Positions 28,119-37,874 are shown, counted from the stretch's first letter. The stretch is DNA of 64,000 nucleotides from Candidatus Poseidoniaceae archaeon (GCA_938075675.1 CALJHE010000005.1:71097-135096); one strand, 5' to 3'. Translations and numbers: made by a program. Notes: a model not told the origin generated them from the sequence alone.

Positions 28119-29627
28119 TTGTTGAGAGAACCTGTCAAGATTCAAGGAGAAGGAGCGTTTGGCTTGTACATGGATGGTGCATGGGGGTCAGTCGAAGCAG
28201 ACTGGAAAGTCGTCGTTGTGCTTATTGTCGCATGGTATATCCTGCTCCGCATATGGGAGAAAAACGGTACTCTCGACCGGTGGGATGCTTCGCGTGTGTT
28301 CGGAGTCGTGCTCATGGTTCGAAGTAACCGTGGTTTGAAAACGCTCGACAAAATAGCAAAACCCCGGAGATTTTGGAGAATTTACGGTGAAGTGGCGCTA
28401 TGGGTCTGCCTGTTCTCAATGTTTTTCGTAGCCATTGGCATGCTTTTGGCGTTCATCACTTCTGTGCTTAATCCACCTACTGCTGCACCTCCTACTGCGA
28501 GTGAACTCGTTGCCATTCCAGGGCTCAATCCAATGATTCCGTTAGGATGGGGTGCAATGGCGTTCATCATCGCTCTAGTCATCCATGAATTCGGTCACGG
28601 CCTCTTAGCCCGAGCACACGGTATGAGAATCCGTGCGTTCGGACTGCTGCAACTCGGTCCACTGCCGCTGGGTGCCTTTGCAGAACCCCAGTATCAAGAA
28701 CTCCACAAAGCCCCCCGAAAGGAGAGGATGCGGATGTTTGCTGCTGGACCTGCAACCAACTTGTTCGCTGCTTTTGTTTGTTTGATGTTGTTGGGCGGTC
28801 TTGCTGCAAACTTCACTTCATCGAACATGAACCCTCACGTTCAAGGTATTGTGAAAGATTCTGGCGCAGATCAAGCAGGTTTGCAGCCGTGGGACACCAT
28901 TCTACGGATTGATGATGTTGAGATTAGCGGTATTGAAGGATTCCAAACAGTCATGGCTGGTTACTCAGCGAACGAAACCATTCTCGTCGATGTGCTGCAT
29001 GAAAACGGAGGCGAAGAGACCATTGAGATTCTCCTTACTGACAAATACCAATATTACATCGAACTGGGATGGAATGAAGAAATCCTCGAGGCTCAAAACA
29101 TCGAGGAAGGAGACGCATTTGTCGGCGTGGTTGGCATTAGCGAGGGAACTCAAGGCATTGACCGCTTAGCAGGGCCGCTTGGCCCACGGTTTGATGGAGG
29201 CATTGGAGTCCGTATCCTCTACACGCCGTTCCACATTCTCAACATGATGATTGTACCCTTTGAATTGCAAGGCGTATCCATGCACCCAATGGAGGAAGGC
29301 ATGCTTTCTCCATCGGATAATTTCCTCGGAGACACATTGGGGATTAGCGGATTACTCTTCATGGTCAACTTCTTCTTTTGGTTGATGTGGGTAAATATTT
29401 TGCTTGGCTTCACCAATCTCATCCCCATGGTGCCGTTCGATGGAGGCCACTTGTTCAAAGACTGGTTGCGAGGTACGCTCAATCGCGTTCAACGGATTGG
29501 AAAGAAAACAAAGTTATGGAAAATACACCCAATGTGGGTCGACCATATCTCGAACAAAGCATCAAGCCTTTCCTCGGTTGCTTTGTTGATGATGCTGCTT
29601 TTCGTACTCCTCGTACCGTATTTCTAA
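28119..29627 (+). CDS. Site-2 protease (M50 family intramembrane metalloprotease) with a PDZ domain
   Basis: HEFGHGLLARAHG (HExxH) in a TM helix. A PDZ-like stretch GIVKDSGADQAGLQPWDTILRIDDVEISGIEGF. The NLIPMVPFDGGHL LDG-type motif. The start may be the internal ATG near 28170. Confidence 0.7.
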   Translation: MLREPVKIQGEGAFGLYMDGAWGSVEADWKVVVVLIVAWYILLRIWEKNGTLDRWDASRVFGVVLMVRSNRGLKTLDKIAKPRRFWRIYGEVALWVCLFSMFFVAIGMLLAFITSVLNPPTAAPPTASELVAIPGLNPMIPLGWGAMAFIIALVIHEFGHGLLARAHGMRIRAFGLLQLGPLPLGAFAEPQYQELHKAPRKERMRMFAAGPATNLFAAFVCLMLLGGLAANFTSSNMNPHVQGIVKDSGADQAGLQPWDTILRIDDVEISGIEGFQTVMAGYSANETILVDVLHENGGEETIEILLTDKYQYYIELGWNEEILEAQNIEEGDAFVGVVGISEGTQGIDRLAGPLGPRFDGGIGVRILYTPFHILNMMIVPFELQGVSMHPMEEGMLSPSDNFLGDTLGISGLLFMVNFFFWLMWVNILLGFTNLIPMVPFDGGHLFKDWLRGTLNRVQRIGKKTKLWKIHPMWVDHISNKASSLSSVALLMMLLFVLLVPYF

Positions 29628-30305
29628 TCACGAACGACGACGACGAAGTTCTGCAAGAACATCCAGTGGTTTTTGAGGAATGCTTTGGGCTGACTTGATT
29701 TCTTCCAATGCTGTTGATGGCAACGTTGATTGGAAGATATTCGCCTTCATTGCCCGTGACTCCAAACTGTGGAGAGCGTCCATTTCTGAACCTGCAGGTG
29801 AACATACCAAGGAAATGAATTCGTGCAACGGCATACCGTCTTCCCAATTGAGATAGACTGAGCCATTGCGATTTGTGGGAAACGGCGGAATGGATTTTTC
29901 CAAAAGACGCAATCGGCCGGAGAGATTGCTGGTTTCAACACGAAATATCCGCCATGAATCTCCACGGACACCCTTCCGTCTGTGAGCATACAGTGGCATC
30001 AATTTACACCGTTCACCCTCAAGAACCATTGCCGCATACTGATCTTTCGTTCGTCCAGAGAGATACAATTTGTCTGCACGTGTTGATTTGACTTCAATCG
30101 GAAAACACAAGTCTCCACGCAATGCCAGTAAATCACCGGTGCCTTCCATGCCAGAGCCTGCGGCACGAACGACAAGAAACGGTCGATAAACCACTTGTCG
30201 CATTTTTTCTTTTTCCAATGGACTGCATGAACGGATAACCGATTCGACACCCTTGGGAACGCCCGCAAGAACTTGTCTCAGCTCTCGCTCGTATTGGCTC
30301 GACAC
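29628..30305 (-). CDS. hjc: Holliday junction resolvase Hjc (archaeal type) carrying an internal insertion and an approximately 85-aa C-terminal extension
   Basis: ERELRQVLAG...FLVVRAAGSG...GDLLALRGDLCFPIEVKSTRADKLYLSGRTKDQYAAM aligns to the Pyrococcus Hjc motifs ERELIKLLE..FAVVRSAGS..VDLVAG..IEVKVTKKDHLYV. 225 aa. Confidence 0.65.
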   Translation of the reverse strand: MSSQYERELRQVLAGVPKGVESVIRSCSPLEKEKMRQVVYRPFLVVRAAGSGMEGTGDLLALRGDLCFPIEVKSTRADKLYLSGRTKDQYAAMVLEGERCKLMPLYAHRRKGVRGDSWRIFRVETSNLSGRLRLLEKSIPPFPTNRNGSVYLNWEDGMPLHEFISLVCSPAGSEMDALHSLESRAMKANIFQSTLPSTALEEIKSAQSIPQKPLDVLAELRRRRS

Positions 30306-30435
30306 AAGCGTTCATCATTGTCAATCGTTCTTGATGACTTCGGTCATTGGTGGAGAATCATCCTAGGTTTCGATAAGCGCTGTAAACAACCGTAAAGCCG
30401 GAACATTAGTTAATCTCGGAAAACAACAACATTCT

Positions 30436-31188
30436 GTGTCTCGTCTTGCTGTACGCACGATTGACTTCAAGTTAGCATACCGTTTGATGAATGAACTCAA
30501 AAGCAGGAAACTGAGATTTCTTTTGCTTGAACACGACGCGGTTTTGCCCGACAGGGACATGATTTGGTTTGGCAGTGAACTTGAGGCTGCAAAGTTCCGA
30601 GATGAAGGAAGGGCTATCGCAGTCTCGATAGAGAACATCAAAGAAGCAGTGGATAAAGCCGTCAGACTTCTCAAGGGCATCACTCAAGTTCATCGCCTCT
30701 GTTTTGGTATCGACCCTGGTCCGAGGCCCGGTATTGCATGGCTTGCTGACGGTGCCGTTCTTGGAGTTTCTCAACTGGAACACATTGAGCACGTCGCGGG
30801 ACATATCTCAGCAATTGCTGCTTCACTTGAATTTAAGCAGATGGTCGTGCGGATTGGCGATGGAGCACCGATTATTCGAGACCGTATTATCAACGACTGC
30901 CTAACGCATTCAATTGAACTTGAACAAGTCAACGAATCAAAGACATCTCGTGGTTTACTGCGGCATAACCATGTTGTTTCAGCGATTCGAATCGCCCTGC
31001 TTTCAGGCCAACGTGTTCTTGAATTCCGCACAGTACAACCGACAGAGGGAGATTTAAGAGAGATTCAACGTCAAAGTAGAAAATACAGTAACGGTCGAAA
31101 AACGATATCGACAGAAATGGCGTATGATGTAGCGACAGGGAAATGCAGTCTCGAACAAGCCGTTAATGAGGGCTATTCTTCCTCTTGA
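30436..31188 (+). CDS. RNase H-fold / RuvC-YqgF-like nuclease-domain protein (putative), 250 aa
   Basis: LCFGIDPGPRPGIAWLADGAVLGV resembles the RuvC/YqgF N-terminal catalytic strand (GIDPG...G.A). The rest is unrecognised. Confidence 0.35.
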   Translation: MSRLAVRTIDFKLAYRLMNELKSRKLRFLLLEHDAVLPDRDMIWFGSELEAAKFRDEGRAIAVSIENIKEAVDKAVRLLKGITQVHRLCFGIDPGPRPGIAWLADGAVLGVSQLEHIEHVAGHISAIAASLEFKQMVVRIGDGAPIIRDRIINDCLTHSIELEQVNESKTSRGLLRHNHVVSAIRIALLSGQRVLEFRTVQPTEGDLREIQRQSRKYSNGRKTISTEMAYDVATGKCSLEQAVNEGYSSS

Positions 31189-32201
31189 GCGTATTTTTGC
31201 AGTTCATCTTGAGCCAACCGATACTCCGGAGAACGCTTCATGAGTTTTTTCGATAGTGGATCAAACACCATGGGAAGGACCAACACTGCCGCAATCAATG
31301 AAAACAGCATGAAGAATGAGGAGTTTGGAACATAAGTGGTCCCGGGTGTTCCCGCACCGCCAACCATGAGTTTCACGGTTCCAAGCCAAGGAATCTCTCC
31401 ACCTCCAACGCCAATAAGCCATGAACTCCGAATTGGCCCGACGGTGCCTGATGCACTGTGTACTCCTGAAGAGCCGTTCACGGCTTGAGAACCTTGGTCT
31501 ACGGAACATTTGTTGTTATCACCAAGCGTCAAGAGGCCTGCATGACGAGGTTGCCACTCCCATACCACGAGGTGTGATTCAACATTGGCGTGTGCAGGTC
31601 GCTTGCAATCGTAATATCCAGCCTGAACGCCGTCAAAAGAAACGGACACGGTCTCGCTGTCTTGGACGCTTGTGCCTGGAACATCCCATGTCAGTACACA
31701 AACTCCTTTCGTGCCGTTTCCATCCTTCGATTCCGAGTCATATGTGCCGCCGTTTGGACATCGTTCAGCGTCGGTAGCGTTCATCGGAACGTTACGATCA
31801 GGCGTTGAGATTTGATTCGGAACAACTTCCATGATTGCTCGGTGAATAATAGGCGTTCCATCTTCACCGTTTTTCTTGTAGATGATGACGTCTCCTTCAA
31901 GTCCATGCTGGGCGTAGCCAAAGTGAGGATTGTTCTCATCAGTTGCCTCTGCGAACGTAACCACTGAATCGTAATCACGGTTGTGAACCAGCACCAAATC
32001 GCCAGCGTCAATGCTTCCAACCTCACCGTTTGAATCGTGAATCATGGAAGACGATTCAACGACAACCAAAGGAGGCATTGAACCGGTATGGGCGTACAAT
32101 CCCAAAATGAGAAGACCAATCATACCCACTGCCAGCAGCAATTCGCGAACCAGCAATTTCAGCGGGTCGCTCTGCCTCTCTGGGTCTCCCATTGAGTTCA
32201 A
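31173..32201 (-). CDS. Signal peptidase I (Sec11 / archaeal-eukaryal type, S26B) paralogue with a large insertion and a C-terminal TM anchor
   Basis: N-terminal TM then VVVESSSM (box B Ser), GDLVLV (box C) and LLTLGDNNKCS (box E GDNN). An insert of about 150 aa between the boxes. 342 aa. The listed start is TTG; the ATG at 32192 is more likely. Confidence 0.65.
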   Translation of the reverse strand: MNSMGDPERQSDPLKLLVRELLLAVGMIGLLILGLYAHTGSMPPLVVVESSSMIHDSNGEVGSIDAGDLVLVHNRDYDSVVTFAEATDENNPHFGYAQHGLEGDVIIYKKNGEDGTPIIHRAIMEVVPNQISTPDRNVPMNATDAERCPNGGTYDSESKDGNGTKGVCVLTWDVPGTSVQDSETVSVSFDGVQAGYYDCKRPAHANVESHLVVWEWQPRHAGLLTLGDNNKCSVDQGSQAVNGSSGVHSASGTVGPIRSSWLIGVGGGEIPWLGTVKLMVGGAGTPGTTYVPNSSFFMLFSLIAAVLVLPMVFDPLSKKLMKRSPEYRLAQDELQKYAQEEE

Positions 32202-32578
32202 CGACGAAGTCCTTTGCTTTCAAGGAATGCCGTCCATGAGGCTTCATGCCCAGCACCAAGTGCTTCTGCAGCTTCGTTACCGTCGGCTTTTCGGCGTCGT
32301 AATTCTGAAGTCGATTCAATGGCTCGTAGTTCATCTAAGATGTTCACGAAGCCACGAAGTGTTAGAAATTCAGGCAAGACGATGAGAAGACCAATCAATG
32401 AAAAAACAGCCGTACCTATGGCTTGCCCGGTGTAATTACCCCAAGTGACGTGGTTTTGGAGAAAAAGCAATTGATACACTGCAACGAAAAGCAAGATACC
32501 TATTGCTCCAGAGGCCGTAGCAGCAATACCAAGTTGACGCCCATGTTGTTTAGCCCACCAATTCGAAATGACGCCCAT
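32198..32578 (-). CDS. Small membrane protein (2-3 TM) with an acidic C-terminal tail, co-transcribed with signal peptidase I
   Basis: 126 aa. Hydrophobic segments IAATASGAIGILLFVAVYQLLFL and AIGTAVFSLIGLLIVL. Its stop codon overlaps the signal peptidase start region. Confidence 0.4.
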   Translation of the reverse strand: MGVISNWWAKQHGRQLGIAATASGAIGILLFVAVYQLLFLQNHVTWGNYTGQAIGTAVFSLIGLLIVLPEFLTLRGFVNILDELRAIESTSELRRRKADGNEAAEALGAGHEASWTAFLESKGLRR

Positions 32579-32704
32579 TGTATGCTCTCCCTGTGCACAG
32601 CAGACACGCCGGCCCTCTTTTTTCTATCGGAAGAGAAATGACTCGATGGGGCGAAGTTCAAATGCTTTGCCTGCTGTGGGCCAAAGGCCCATAGTGGGAC
32701 AACG

Positions 32705-35700
32705 GTGATTTTTATGCGTAAGGCTATATTTTTGACACTCCTGTTTACCGTTTCGTTATTTACACCATTGGCTGCATCTGCAACAGTGGAAACTCAGTTC
32801 AATAACGGAACGACATCCTACACTCAAACCTTCACAGGAACGGGTAACGGCACCGCAGGGCATCTAACAATTCCGTTTGGTGCAGAAGTGACGAATGCTG
32901 AGTTTAGACTCCAAGGGGAGGCAAGTTCCACCACATACACGAACTTCACTACGAACGCCCATTATGGAGGCTCAGGAGACGGGGTTTGGTCAGGCTCTCC
33001 GCCATCGCCGTTTACCTCTGGTCAACGAAACAACGTCGATGTCTCTTCAAGCACCATGTCACTCAAAGGCAATCCTTCCCTGCAATCAATTGACTTTTCA
33101 CGAACCACCCAAGTTGCTTCAAAGGTCAATGCACATCAGAATACAACAGGCCAATTTGCATCTTTTTCTGACCAAGGCTACTCAGGATTGACAAAGAAGT
33201 TTACACAATCTTCAGTGAGCACCAGTGCATCATGGGGAAACATTGGCATCGTGGTCAAAGTTGGAGATGAATTCCACGTCATGAAGTACTCTTCGTCCAG
33301 CCTTTACAATACACCTACAATTTTGCGTATCAACGCAACCACAGGCGCCTACATTGGTGTAGCGACCCTCAATACCAACGGCTGCAGTACTTCTTCCTAC
33401 TACAACATGGTCGATGCTACCGTTGATGGAAATACAGTCTACACCGCCCACTACACCAGTTACTTCCTTACCAAGTGGTCCGTTATTACATCAGGGACTT
33501 CCAAATCTTGGAGATGCGATCAGTCATGGAGTTTTAGCAACAATTACGTTACTGGCGTAGATATCGATGACTCGACAGGAAAGTTGTACGTCATGACCTA
33601 TTCGTATTCTGCAAACGCACACTACATCAACGAAGTGACAAAGACCTCTCCAACCAGTATCCTTGGTACATGGACCGTCGCAACAGGCTCTACTGTATCG
33701 AGATACGGTGCAGGAATGATTGTCAACATGCCGACCATCATTTACAATGAATACGACCAAACATACGTCAGCGGCGTTGGTTACAATTACGATTCGTACC
33801 ATCATTTCTTCACCATGAGAAGCAATTTCGTAGAACATATGGGAGAAGTACCTGTGCCAGAGGGCGGACACTACGGCCTGGTTGAATCAGGTGAAGGGCA
33901 ATTCAGTTTCTCTTGCCATTACTACAGTACTGCCTACTGCAGCACCGCAACTCGGCACAAAATCAACAATTTTGGAGACGGTTCCCTTTTCGATGAGCGA
34001 AGTCATACCGGAACGACAGCGACGATTATGGGAAGCACGATTACCACCACCAAGGCGATTGATACGCTCCACATCAGCAGCATCATTGGATACACGCCAG
34101 CCGGAACCAGCATCAGCGTCGACCTTTCAAACGATGGTGGTGCAACATGGAGGCAGGTTTCCGTGGGACAAAATGTGGTATTCCCTCAAACTGCTACGCA
34201 ATTTGTCTGGCGTGCAACACTCAATGGAACGGCAACTAAAGCCCCAATCTTCGATGGAATAGGCATTGAGTACACTGCTTCGTACGTCACCTCATCGTAT
34301 ATGTACACCTACCAATACGTTGGTTCAGGCACGAAGAATGTCGTCGCTGCAACCATTGATTGGGACGAAACTCGACCAAGTGGAACTTCCATCCGTGTCA
34401 ACTTTGGATACACCTCATCCAGCACTTGTACAACAGGTAGCACAGGTGTATCCCAATTCACACAAGCGAACCAGACCAAAACCATGACTGGAACTGGATA
34501 TTACATGTGTTTGAGAGTTGAGCTCACTGCACCCTCAAGCGGAGCAGTAACGCCAACAATCACCAACCTTTCCATCGCAAAACACTCCAATGCTCCGACT
34601 GAACCGGGTATAGAAATCAACGGAAACGCAGTGTGGACCAGAGCAGCATCTGCCGGTGCATTGCTCGGCGCCTTTACCGTGACACAGAGCACCAGTTCGA
34701 ACACAATATTGAAGGCATTTAACGATGCAATCCCCGATACAGGCTCTGGTCTCAGTAACATTTCAATTGGACTCAAATCAAAATCTTCAGGGATTTTGTC
34801 ACTGGTATCGTTCTCAGTTACATACACGATGAACACCGTTAACCTTGAAGTGAACATTCCTGACGGAGAAATTCTTCACGAACGTTTGCAACCTTACGAA
34901 GTGGTAACACGGCACATCGTTGGTGAAGATGCATCAACGATGACTGAAGCAAGTTTGACGCTGATGACCAATTCCTTAGCAAAGAATCCGACAATGTATT
35001 GGCAAGATGGAGATGTATTCCCAAGTCCAAATGACCCTGAAGACTACATCGAATTGGACGCCAGTTCATGGTCCTCTCAGGCCAATGGGATACTCGAAGT
35101 TCATTGGATATTCCACGTGACCTCAGAGTTCCCTGACCAAGAAAATGTTCGATTCAAGACCGGTTGTTTGGACAATTCAGGCTCGGCTGGTTATTCTCCA
35201 TTAGATCTCATCAGTTCAACCGGTTTGGAAGTCAACAGATCGTTTGGCCTTGGATGGTTGAAGGTTCGAGACAACGACGGCGCACTGGTCATGGATGATG
35301 TCCCTGACAACTCATGGGTTGCTGCAGGAGAAACACTCCACTTCCAAGGTGCAATGTGGTTCCAAAACACTGAAGATGCTCCGAAAGACAACGCCTTTGA
35401 CGTCCGAGTCTCAAGAAACGGATGGGTCGAAAGCACTGCTCGTGACACCACCAATAACAACGGCAGTTTCTTCATCTCCGTCGACCTTCCAGAGATTGAC
35501 GTTGCTGATGGACTCACCTATGAAGTTCAAACCTACAACGAGAAAGAACCAACACATGTTATGGCTTCAAACTTGGACTGGAAGCGAACCTACAAGGTCG
35601 ATGCAACGCCTCCTCAGCGACAAGCGTTCTTACCGCTTGATGATGCATATGAAGCTGCAAGCAATGTCCAAGAAGTCAAGATCTTGGTGAACGATGAAAT

Positions 35701-37792
35701 CGGACATCCGATGGAACTTGAACTCATGTACTGGGTTGAAGCGAACCATGATTTGAACAGAAACGGTGAAGCAGACCCACAGGAATACGTCAGCAAGAAA
35801 GTTTACAATTCCACGGTCGCCGAGAACAAGTGGTTCATCACCACCATCGACCACTCTCGCAACTCGAACATGGGTCGGGTCTCGTATTATTGGGTTGGTG
35901 GAGACCAAGCAGGCAATCCACTGCATTACACCGTAATGAACAGCGACGATGAACTGCTCTCGTTCAACTCCGGACCAGGTTTCCTCTATGACGATGCCAC
36001 CTTCCGTACACGCAAGGACTCAACTGCAATCTTTACCGGCTTAGAATGGGTCGGACATGTCGATAATGCACCTGTATTCGCTGGAATGGATCAAAGAATT
36101 GAACTTGGATTCATTGATGCAAACACTGCAATTGACTTTGAGCACATCTCATTGGTTTTTGACTTTGAAGGGCCGAACCCAATGCGAGACGCTCAACAAA
36201 TCTCCTATTCCGGAATCAACAACACATTCTGGTCTGAAAGTAACTTCATTACAATGCTGACAAGCAGTAAGATGGTCGAAACAATCAACGAATCTGGCCT
36301 TCCATGGATTCAACTTACCTTTGATTTCGTGATCAGTTGGGACTGGCCAGATGAAGAGATGGGCGATGTCGTACTTCGATACAAAGAACGTGGATCGAGC
36401 GATGATTCACAAATACTCCTCCTTGAACACACCTTCAGAGTCGAAAACGACCTCATGCTGTCACCAACCGAATACTTGGTTGAGGATATCTCCGAGCCAC
36501 GCACTGGCATTGTTGCGGACGGAAGCAGAGTTCGCAAGGACGACAGGCTTGCCTTCACGGGAAGAGTTGTCTACGAAGGAAGCACTGTTGCAGCGCCACG
36601 GGACGTTGGAATCCTCGTGGAGGTCTTCGATGGCGAAAAGATATGGAGCGACGGTTCGATTTCGTCGACCGGCGAATTTGCTGTGGAAGTACCACTCTCA
36701 TCCGCATCAACATTACAATCCTCACCAACCCGCACATGCTTGATTTCAATTACCAATATCCCAGGGCGTGGAGAAGACATGACCGGCACCTTGGTTTCGA
36801 CCACACTGCGTGTCGTCGTCGACGATGCTGCCCCGAGAGTTGTTCGTCGAATCTCACCGCTCAACGTCATCGATATCTCTGCAAACAACGACCTGAGCAA
36901 TGTTGCAGTGGAATTCCACGGTACCGAAGATGCTGATTTGACCGGTTCAAGTCAAATGGTCCATTGGGTCATGCGCGATGCGACACGCACCGTTACCATC
37001 GGTGCTGGCTCAACATTGCTCGGAATGCAACAAGACGGTCAATTCGTCAATTGGACAGGATATGTGGACCTTACCGACAGCGGAAGAATCACACCACAAG
37101 CTGGAGACTTCGTAGGATTCTATGTTACAGGTTACGATGCTGCTGGAAACCAATTCCCAGTTGTATCCAACTCAGAAGCAAGTCCAATTCCTGAACTTGC
37201 CGTTGACGATACAGACTTCGAACGGCAATGGATTCGTTTGGGTGCTGTAGGCCCGGAATTGCGAGTGAAGTCAATTTCTCTATCCGATGATCACATTGCA
37301 CCCGGTTCGAAAATAACCATCGATGCTCAAGTCATCAATGTTGGCGGCTCGACACCTTCGATGTTCAAGGTCGCCTTCTATGCAGGAGACGATGAAACTC
37401 CTTTCGAAACCGTTGGAGTCGCCGGAATTGACGGTGATGAAGTTGTTGAAGTCAGTACCACATGGTCTGCGGAAGACGTTGACAGAATCCGTGTCGTTGT
37501 TGATTATGACAACCTCATCGTCGAAGTTAACGATGATGACAACAGTGCTGAGCACTCCATCGATATCGCTTATGGCGAATACTTCGGATGGTTCGACTCA
37601 CCTCGTGAAAGCCCACTTGCATGGATTTTCATCATCATTTCAATTATTGTCTTGTTTGCCGTAGCGACCGTTGCGGCACGAACAACCATCGACCATGGCG
37701 AAGGCGCCTTCTCAGATGACGAAGAAGATTGGGATGAAGACGAATTCGGAGACGAAGACGATGATGAAGATGAAGACGACAACGACTACTGA
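32705..37792 (+). CDS. Giant cell-surface protein C, 1,695 aa. Order: Sec signal peptide, long Ser/Thr/Asn-rich ectodomain, CARDB domain, single TM helix, 37-aa poly-acidic cytoplasmic tail.
   Basis: MRKAIFLTLLFTVSLFTPLAASATVE signal peptide; ATG at 32714, listed GTG at 32705. The CARDB-like segment is ISLSDDHIAPGSKITIDAQVINVGGSTPSMFKVAFYAGDDETPFETVGVAGIDGDEVVEVSTTWSAEDVDRIRVVVDYDNLIVEVNDDDNS. The TM helix is LAWIFIIISIIVLFAVATVAA. The tail is DDEEDWDEDEFGDEDDDEDEDDNDY. Confidence 0.75.
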   Translation: MIFMRKAIFLTLLFTVSLFTPLAASATVETQFNNGTTSYTQTFTGTGNGTAGHLTIPFGAEVTNAEFRLQGEASSTTYTNFTTNAHYGGSGDGVWSGSPPSPFTSGQRNNVDVSSSTMSLKGNPSLQSIDFSRTTQVASKVNAHQNTTGQFASFSDQGYSGLTKKFTQSSVSTSASWGNIGIVVKVGDEFHVMKYSSSSLYNTPTILRINATTGAYIGVATLNTNGCSTSSYYNMVDATVDGNTVYTAHYTSYFLTKWSVITSGTSKSWRCDQSWSFSNNYVTGVDIDDSTGKLYVMTYSYSANAHYINEVTKTSPTSILGTWTVATGSTVSRYGAGMIVNMPTIIYNEYDQTYVSGVGYNYDSYHHFFTMRSNFVEHMGEVPVPEGGHYGLVESGEGQFSFSCHYYSTAYCSTATRHKINNFGDGSLFDERSHTGTTATIMGSTITTTKAIDTLHISSIIGYTPAGTSISVDLSNDGGATWRQVSVGQNVVFPQTATQFVWRATLNGTATKAPIFDGIGIEYTASYVTSSYMYTYQYVGSGTKNVVAATIDWDETRPSGTSIRVNFGYTSSSTCTTGSTGVSQFTQANQTKTMTGTGYYMCLRVELTAPSSGAVTPTITNLSIAKHSNAPTEPGIEINGNAVWTRAASAGALLGAFTVTQSTSSNTILKAFNDAIPDTGSGLSNISIGLKSKSSGILSLVSFSVTYTMNTVNLEVNIPDGEILHERLQPYEVVTRHIVGEDASTMTEASLTLMTNSLAKNPTMYWQDGDVFPSPNDPEDYIELDASSWSSQANGILEVHWIFHVTSEFPDQENVRFKTGCLDNSGSAGYSPLDLISSTGLEVNRSFGLGWLKVRDNDGALVMDDVPDNSWVAAGETLHFQGAMWFQNTEDAPKDNAFDVRVSRNGWVESTARDTTNNNGSFFISVDLPEIDVADGLTYEVQTYNEKEPTHVMASNLDWKRTYKVDATPPQRQAFLPLDDAYEAASNVQEVKILVNDEIGHPMELELMYWVEANHDLNRNGEADPQEYVSKKVYNSTVAENKWFITTIDHSRNSNMGRVSYYWVGGDQAGNPLHYTVMNSDDELLSFNSGPGFLYDDATFRTRKDSTAIFTGLEWVGHVDNAPVFAGMDQRIELGFIDANTAIDFEHISLVFDFEGPNPMRDAQQISYSGINNTFWSESNFITMLTSSKMVETINESGLPWIQLTFDFVISWDWPDEEMGDVVLRYKERGSSDDSQILLLEHTFRVENDLMLSPTEYLVEDISEPRTGIVADGSRVRKDDRLAFTGRVVYEGSTVAAPRDVGILVEVFDGEKIWSDGSISSTGEFAVEVPLSSASTLQSSPTRTCLISITNIPGRGEDMTGTLVSTTLRVVVDDAAPRVVRRISPLNVIDISANNDLSNVAVEFHGTEDADLTGSSQMVHWVMRDATRTVTIGAGSTLLGMQQDGQFVNWTGYVDLTDSGRITPQAGDFVGFYVTGYDAAGNQFPVVSNSEASPIPELAVDDTDFERQWIRLGAVGPELRVKSISLSDDHIAPGSKITIDAQVINVGGSTPSMFKVAFYAGDDETPFETVGVAGIDGDEVVEVSTTWSAEDVDRIRVVVDYDNLIVEVNDDDNSAEHSIDIAYGEYFGWFDSPRESPLAWIFIIISIIVLFAVATVAARTTIDHGEGAFSDDEEDWDEDEFGDEDDDEDEDDNDY

Positions 37793-37874
37793 TTGCTTCG
37801 TATTCAACTTGTCATAAATTACAAATCCTCAAAAGAGGTCGACGAAACCCCCTCTCCATAGGGGTGGGGAGAGT

